Below, piece by piece: positions 7,150-11,518 of a stretch of 11,518 nt of DNA (positions within the stretch are counted from its first letter, which is position 1; each line of letters starts with the position of its first letter). The notes under the pieces are model-generated. The model made no database searches. It saw only the letters and a list, made by a program, of their open reading frames with translations, and was not told the DNA's origin. Source of the stretch: Candidatus Anoxymicrobiaceae bacterium. Lineage in GTDB: Bacteria > Actinomycetota > Geothermincolia > Fen-727 > Anoxymicrobiaceae. Location: assembly GCA_036508635.1 (NCBI GenBank), contig DATCGY010000161.1, positions 1-11,518 on the forward strand. Reading direction: 5' to 3'. Made by a program: the position numbers and the translations under genes.

Positions 7150-7172
7150 CCGGCCCGCCCCAACCGGCCGGC

Positions 7173-9257
7173 CTACACCGGTGGCTCTTCGGGCTCCGGC
7201 GGAGCGGGTGGCTCCTCGGGCTTGGGCGGAGCGGGTGGCTGCTCCGGCATCGGCATCGACCCTGCCCCGGCTGTCTCTCCGGGCGCTCGCTTGGCCTTGG
7301 GCGCCTCGGCTACAACGGCGGCCATCTCCTCTTCGCGGCCTTCGAGCACCCCCATGAGCTGGGCGGCAAGGCCCTCGAGAGTCTGTCCGCCGCCTCCGCC
7401 TCCGATCAGCAGGATGTTCGGTACGAACTTCTGCCCGCTGCGGGAAAGAGCGTCGACCGCGTTCACCAGGGCGGTGGGACGCTGCCCCAGGGCCCTCACC
7501 TGCTCTTTATAAGCCTTGGCCCGGGCCATGCCCACGGCTTCGACCTCGGCACCCTTCGCGGCGCCGGTGTCACGGATGTAGGTTGCCTCGCCGTCGGCCT
7601 CCGCTTTCCTGGCGCTCGCGTTGTTGCGCTTGATCTCGACGCCCACCTGTGAGGCTGCGAGCTGCGCCTGCATGTCGGCCGTACCCTTGGCCTGCTCTGT
7701 TGATATTCGCTGGGTCTGGGCATCCTTCTGCTTCTGGTAGGTCTCGATCTCCTGGCGCGCGATCTCTCGCTCGGTGAGCACCCTTACCATGTCGGGTGGG
7801 AAAATAACGTCCTGGATGTAGACACCCTTGGTCTCGACCTGGTATTCGTCGAGCTTGTTCTTGATGTGCTCGAACGCCTGCTCCTGGACATCCTGGCGGG
7901 TCTCGATGAACTGGACCGCCTGCATGCTCTGGAGCTTGTCCCTGAAGTGGTTGCCCACGGCGGCCTGCAGCACCTCGTTGACGAGATTCTGCATGGTGCC
8001 GACCATCGAGATGACCCTTGGCGCCTTGGTGTCGGGCACGTGTATCTGCACCTGCAGGTCGATAGCGAAGACGAAGCCCTCGCGGCTCTTGGCCACGATC
8101 TGCTTGAGCTGTCGATCGAGGTTATGCGCCGCGGAGGTGGCATCGGCCCAGTTGAGAGTCAAGATGGCGGTCGGCACTATCTCGGCCTGGTAGACGCGGG
8201 GGTTGATAGAGTACTTGCCGGTGCGCAGCGGCTCTTGCCAGATGCCCCTGTGTCCGGGCCTGACGAGCGAGCCGAACTTGAACTCGATACCTGAGGTGTC
8301 CTCGGTCGAGAGCCCGACATACGCCTTGATAACCCCCACCTGGCCCTGCGTGACGACCAGCATGGGCACGAGCTCGACCTGGACGAGGAACGGGTTGAGC
8401 GCGTAGGCCCCGTAGAGCAACGGGTCGTGCTGTAGACCTATCTTGCCCCCGTTATCGAGGAACGCCTGGTAATCCTGGTAGTTGTTGTGAAGGTTGTTCT
8501 TGCTTCCGAGGAGCAGCTCGATGAGCTGGAGGTCGTTGCCCTGGGCCACCTCGAGCTGTCCGACATCGGCGAAACCTCCGAGCCTGCTCGCAATATCACC
8601 GGAGGGCAGCGGCTCCCCCTCGAAAGTCGTGACGATGCCGACGACGTCCATCACCGCGCCGCCCTCGGGGCTCGGCTGCGGGGTTATGCGCACCAGCTCG
8701 AGTTGCCACGGCGCGAGCCCGAACGACTCGCACGTGATTATTCCATCCATGCTCGTGAGCCGCTTGAGCTCGGGCGATATCGGTACTCCGTAGACCCTGG
8801 CCTTTGTGATCACGAGGAAGCCCACGGGGTGTATCGGCGCGCTGGTGCCGGGTGGGAGCGCCGGCCTCTGAACGCCCTTCTGACCCCCGTTCTGGACAAA
8901 GTCCTCGAGGTCGGCGAAGTTGCCGAAGTCGTTCTTGTAGACGGCCGACTTGGCCCCTATCGGCAGCGGGTCACCGACCTGGGCGATCACGACGCCGATC
9001 TCGCCGGCGGGCACCTGTACCCACGGGAACTTCTCGACCTTGAAGAGAAACCAGAACTTCCAGCGGAGGCCCGGCATCAGGAGGTCGGCCTGGTATCCCG
9101 CCTCACCGGCGAGCGCCACCGGGTTATCCTCGGACAGCTCCTTGAACGAGATGCGCTTTGTGACGAGTCCGACCTGCGTCGGGCCGATACGCCTGAACGA
9201 AGGAAGCGTCAGCAGGATAAGCACTACAACGACGATTGCCACTATGATTCCAGCCAT
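7173..9257 (-). CDS. SPFH/Band-7 flotillin-family (YqiK-like) membrane protein with Pro-rich C-terminal repeat
   Basis: ATG 9257 has GGGAGG 7 bp upstream (revcomp of 9265-9270). The N-terminus MAGIIVAIVVVVLILLTLP is a TM anchor. The central region is SPFH-like. The C-terminus is flotillin-like and Ala/Glu/Lys/Gln-rich coiled coil (AEADGEATYIRDTGAAKGAEVEAVGMARAKAYKEQ). The tail is GGGGGG...PEQPPAPPKPEEPPAPPEPEEPPV. The track ORF start 9482 lies 75 codons upstream and has no RBS. Confidence 0.8.
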   Translation of the reverse strand: MAGIIVAIVVVVLILLTLPSFRRIGPTQVGLVTKRISFKELSEDNPVALAGEAGYQADLLMPGLRWKFWFLFKVEKFPWVQVPAGEIGVVIAQVGDPLPIGAKSAVYKNDFGNFADLEDFVQNGGQKGVQRPALPPGTSAPIHPVGFLVITKARVYGVPISPELKRLTSMDGIITCESFGLAPWQLELVRITPQPSPEGGAVMDVVGIVTTFEGEPLPSGDIASRLGGFADVGQLEVAQGNDLQLIELLLGSKNNLHNNYQDYQAFLDNGGKIGLQHDPLLYGAYALNPFLVQVELVPMLVVTQGQVGVIKAYVGLSTEDTSGIEFKFGSLVRPGHRGIWQEPLRTGKYSINPRVYQAEIVPTAILTLNWADATSAAHNLDRQLKQIVAKSREGFVFAIDLQVQIHVPDTKAPRVISMVGTMQNLVNEVLQAAVGNHFRDKLQSMQAVQFIETRQDVQEQAFEHIKNKLDEYQVETKGVYIQDVIFPPDMVRVLTEREIARQEIETYQKQKDAQTQRISTEQAKGTADMQAQLAASQVGVEIKRNNASARKAEADGEATYIRDTGAAKGAEVEAVGMARAKAYKEQVRALGQRPTALVNAVDALSRSGQKFVPNILLIGGGGGGQTLEGLAAQLMGVLEGREEEMAAVVAEAPKAKRAPGETAGAGSMPMPEQPPAPPKPEEPPAPPEPEEPPV

Positions 9258-9296
9258 CCGGACCTCCCTCAATGTTGCCTCTGAACCGCTCGCGCT

Positions 9297-9326
9297 TTGC
9301 GCAATGCGAGCAAAATTGAGTATACA
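9297..9326 (+). promoter_or_regulatory. Candidate promoter for the CrtC-like gene with overlapping palindrome
   Basis: -35 TTGCGC 9297-9302, 18-bp spacer, -10 TATACA 9321-9326. The 8-bp perfect palindrome TTGCGCAA (9297-9304), flanked by GCTCGC/GCGAGC (9288-9293 / 9306-9311), overlaps the -35. Confidence 0.3.
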
Positions 9327-9432
9327 CCAAAGCACCGACACCCCAGAGCAGCCGACGTCCGGGCCCGTAAAGCTCGGGCCGGCGCAATGCCGCAGTGGTA
9401 TGCTTTCACCAGGCAAGCGGGGAGGGTGCGAC

Positions 9433-10551
9433 ATGGGCCGGCAGCGTGCGTACGGCGGTTCCAGGGCGGGTAGCCCGGGCAACAGGACCGGCGACGAGTT
9501 GAACGTGGGCCTGCAGCCACGAGAGGACGCGCTCCACCCGCAAAAAGGCTTTCATTACGAGTGGTGGTACTTCCACGCCCATTTCGATGAAGGCTACTCG
9601 GCGGTGGCGATACTGTGGCCGATGAATTACTCGAGGCCATGGACCAGGCAGTGCACGGTCCAGCTATCCATATACACGCCTGAAGGCGCGCACTCCAAGC
9701 ATTATGTCTTTCCCCCGAGAGGGCTCTTAAGCGCGTCCCTTGACAGGTGCGACGTCAGGATCGGAGAGAGTTACGCGCGCGATACCGGGAGCGGTTACGA
9801 AGTCCATGTCCAGGTGGAAGGTGATTCGATCGACCTCGTCTTCGAGCCGACCGTACCGGGATGGAAACCGGGAACGGCGGTAAACATCCTGCCTTTCCCG
9901 CGCTTCAATACCATGGGCTGGCTGGTCCCCGTACCGGCGGCGCGCGTCCACGGCAGGCTCACGGTCGGTGGCAGGACGGTCGAGCTCGAGAACGGTCACG
10001 GGTACCACGACCACAACTGGGGCGAGGCGCCGATAACCCACGTCGTGGACAACTGGCACTGGGGGCACGTCGTCTCGGGCGACCTCGCCATAGTATGGTC
10101 CGACATCACGATGCAGAAAGCCTGGGATTACGACAAGATCTACATGTTCCTGCTCAGCAGGGGCGGAAGGCTCGTGATGGAATCACCGGAGATAGAGGTA
10201 TCGTACTCGCGTTGGACGCGCGACCCCGCCTGCCTCCACCCGTACCCGCGGCGTATCGACGTGTCTTTCGGCGGTGCCGATACGCCCGCACGGGGGGTTT
10301 TCTCGATGGATGCCGAGACGGTGATAGAGACCCAGGTGCTCCTCGAGATGACCGGCCTGCCCAGACCATTGATCGGGCTCATCCACTCCACGCGCTTCGC
10401 GCGGCCTTTCTATTTCCGCTGGCTTTCGCGCCTGGAAGGGTGGGTTGAGATTGAGGGTGAGCGCCTGCCGCTCTCGGGCACGACCATACACGAGCAGATG
10501 CTCTTCCGCGGCCGTCACCCTTCAGAATGCATGAAGCTCGCCGGGCTGTAA
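9433..10551 (+). CDS. CrtC/AttH-like lipocalin-fold protein (carotenoid 1,2-hydratase / hydroxyneurosporene synthase family-like)
   Basis: ATG 9433 has GGAGGG 6 bp upstream (9421-9426). The motif HYEWWYFHAHFDEGYS resembles the conserved WWY N-terminal motif of CrtC/AttH. A GHGYHDHNWGEAP region also follows. The family assignment is from memory of motifs, not a search. The upstream part of the track ORF (8950-9432) is antisense to the flotillin gene. Confidence 0.55.
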   Translation: MGRQRAYGGSRAGSPGNRTGDELNVGLQPREDALHPQKGFHYEWWYFHAHFDEGYSAVAILWPMNYSRPWTRQCTVQLSIYTPEGAHSKHYVFPPRGLLSASLDRCDVRIGESYARDTGSGYEVHVQVEGDSIDLVFEPTVPGWKPGTAVNILPFPRFNTMGWLVPVPAARVHGRLTVGGRTVELENGHGYHDHNWGEAPITHVVDNWHWGHVVSGDLAIVWSDITMQKAWDYDKIYMFLLSRGGRLVMESPEIEVSYSRWTRDPACLHPYPRRIDVSFGGADTPARGVFSMDAETVIETQVLLEMTGLPRPLIGLIHSTRFARPFYFRWLSRLEGWVEIEGERLPLSGTTIHEQMLFRGRHPSECMKLAGL

Positions 10552-10597
10552 GCGACAGCGAGCTTCACATATCTTTTCGTTCCGGAACCCGCGCGGG

Positions 10598-10960
10598 CTA
10601 CCTGGGCTCAGTGAAAGCGAGCTTGTAGAGAACGTAGAAGTTGAAGATCGGTATGATAAGCAGTACCCCCCACCAGTTCTCGAAGCCAAGCCTTTCAGCT
10701 ACGTCCATCATGATCAGGATCGCCATGACCGCCGTCACGATTCCGCAACAGAACATGAAGATGAGCATGATTATGAACCAGCTATCATCCCTGTCGCCCA
10801 TCTGGGTCAAGAGCCACAAGTTGAGGAAGGGAATGAAGGCGAACCAGCTGTTCTCTACGCCCAGCCGGTCCGCTATCCTCATCAAACAGAAGGCAGAGAA
10901 GATGTAGACTGCGAGCAACACTATGAAGTAGATCACATAGAACGAGGCGTTCACGGGCAT
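10598..10960 (-). CDS. Small polytopic membrane protein with internal duplication (uncharacterised, DUF-like)
   Basis: ATG 10960 (MPVNASFYVIYFIVLLAVYIF...) has AAGGAG directly upstream. The spacing is short, and the TTG at 10975 used by the track is an alternative start. Two homologous halves: RIADRLGVENSWFAFIPFLNLWLL and DVAERLGFENWWGVLLIIPIFNFYVLY. Three to four hydrophobic helices. Confidence 0.65.
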   Translation of the reverse strand: MPVNASFYVIYFIVLLAVYIFSAFCLMRIADRLGVENSWFAFIPFLNLWLLTQMGDRDDSWFIIMLIFMFCCGIVTAVMAILIMMDVAERLGFENWWGVLLIIPIFNFYVLYKLAFTEPR

Positions 10961-11157
10961 TCTCCTTTCACACAAGGAACATGGCGATATCTATCTTCAG
11001 GCTCTTCGAGCCTATTCTTTTATTGCTCGCTCACACCCGGAAGTATCGGCCTCGCGTATGCGTAAGTATAAGCCTTGTTGCCGGCGTTCCAGTAGCATTG
11101 CCACCTCTCGCGTTCCACTTCTGAATACTTTACCATGACCCGCGTTCCATTTTTGAT

Positions 11158-11518
11158 TTAGGAAAGGGCGCTTCTTGCAACGCTCGCAAGATTCCAGGCG
11201 ATATGGGGTCGAACAAGGCGCCTGTAAAAAATGGAAAACGGTTCTGCCACCGTTCCGTCCAAAGCCAGGAGTACATCTTCCAAAAGGTAATGTGATTTAT
11301 ATCCGGGTTGGAAATAATGGTTCAAGAGATGGCATCCCGGGCAATAGCTCACCACATGCTTTTTCCCAGCTTCGGCCAAATCTTTACGCTTGACCAGAGC
11401 TGTTTTCACGACTTTAGCAATTTTGCCGTCATTAAATAATCCACCGTATCCACAGCAGAGGGAGTTTTCCCGGTTATGTGGCATTTCGGAAATGGTCATG
11501 CCGATGGTTGTTGCAAGA
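11158..11518 (-). CDS. C-terminal part of a CCG-domain cysteine-rich protein (heterodisulfide reductase HdrB / GlcF / SdhE-like); the 5' end lies beyond the window
   Basis: LCCGYGG-X35-CPGC matches the CCG-domain signature CCG-X35/36-CXXC. The reading frame stays open to the window edge (…LATTIGMTISEMPHN…). Stop TAA at 11158-11160. Codon usage is much less GC3-biased than the rest of the window. Confidence 0.65.
   Translation of the reverse strand, partial: LATTIGMTISEMPHNRENSLCCGYGGLFNDGKIAKVVKTALVKRKDLAEAGKKHVVSYCPGCHLLNHYFQPGYKSHYLLEDVLLALDGTVAEPFSIFYRRLVRPHIAWNLASVARSALS

Noticed and set aside
7150-7171. CCGGCC-N10-GGCCGG hairpin between the convergent lipoprotein candidate and the flotillin gene
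   Set aside because: It has only a 6-bp stem, a GC-only composition common by chance at this GC content, and no flanking U-run. That is insufficient to call a terminator.
10580-10597. Adjacent palindromes TTCCGGAA and CCCGCGCGGG between convergent gene ends
   Set aside because: They are too short and loop-less to form a stable terminator hairpin. They are likely chance GC-rich palindromes, although they lie at the compositional boundary.
11020-11136. 38-aa minus-strand ORF (MVKYSEVERERWQCYWNAGNKAYTYAYARPILPGVSEQ) just downstream of the CCG-domain gene
   Set aside because: In this AT-richer stretch an open frame of this length is expected by chance. It has no convincing RBS or recognisable motif and cannot be supported from sequence alone.

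Overview
High-GC bacterial segment, roughly 60–65% GC by eye, with strong third-position GC bias in most genes. It carries ten genes, eight of them on the minus strand. From low to high coordinates: (1) the 5' part of a secreted calcineurin-like metallophosphoesterase (1-548, -). (2) A compound nested palindromic repeat (597-770). (3) A large secreted alkaline-phosphatase-superfamily / NPP-type phosphodiesterase (778-3633, -). (4) A small 2-TM membrane protein (3651-3938, -) and a TetR-family regulator (3981-4667, -) that look co-transcribed with the phosphodiesterase. A palindromic operator overlaps the predicted tetR promoter. (5) A second, single copy of the same palindromic element (4831-4920), lying as a hairpin plus T-run directly 3' of an SDR oxidoreductase gene (4925-5764, -) that follows an alpha/beta-hydrolase (HSL-type esterase) gene (5822-6748, -). 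(6) A small candidate lipoprotein gene on the plus strand (about 6896/6955-7149). Its signal peptide seems split over two frames at a C5 homopolymer. (7) A 694-aa SPFH/flotillin-family protein with an N-terminal membrane anchor and a Pro-rich C-terminal repeat (7173-9257, -). (8) A divergently transcribed CrtC/AttH-like lipocalin-fold protein (9433-10551, +). (9) A small membrane protein with an internal sequence duplication (10598-10960, -). (10) The 3' part of a CCG-domain (HdrB/GlcF-like cysteine-rich) protein (11158-11518, -). The last gene sits in a compositionally distinct, AT-richer tail. Most long plus-strand ORFs in the six-frame track are antisense shadows of these genes. The main novelty candidates are the conserved 90-bp palindromic element family with its interleaved double copy, the TetR operator/promoter architecture controlling a secreted phosphoesterase module, the frame-split lipoprotein gene, and the compositional discontinuity at the right end. 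No CRISPR, tRNA/rRNA, transposase or integrase was seen.
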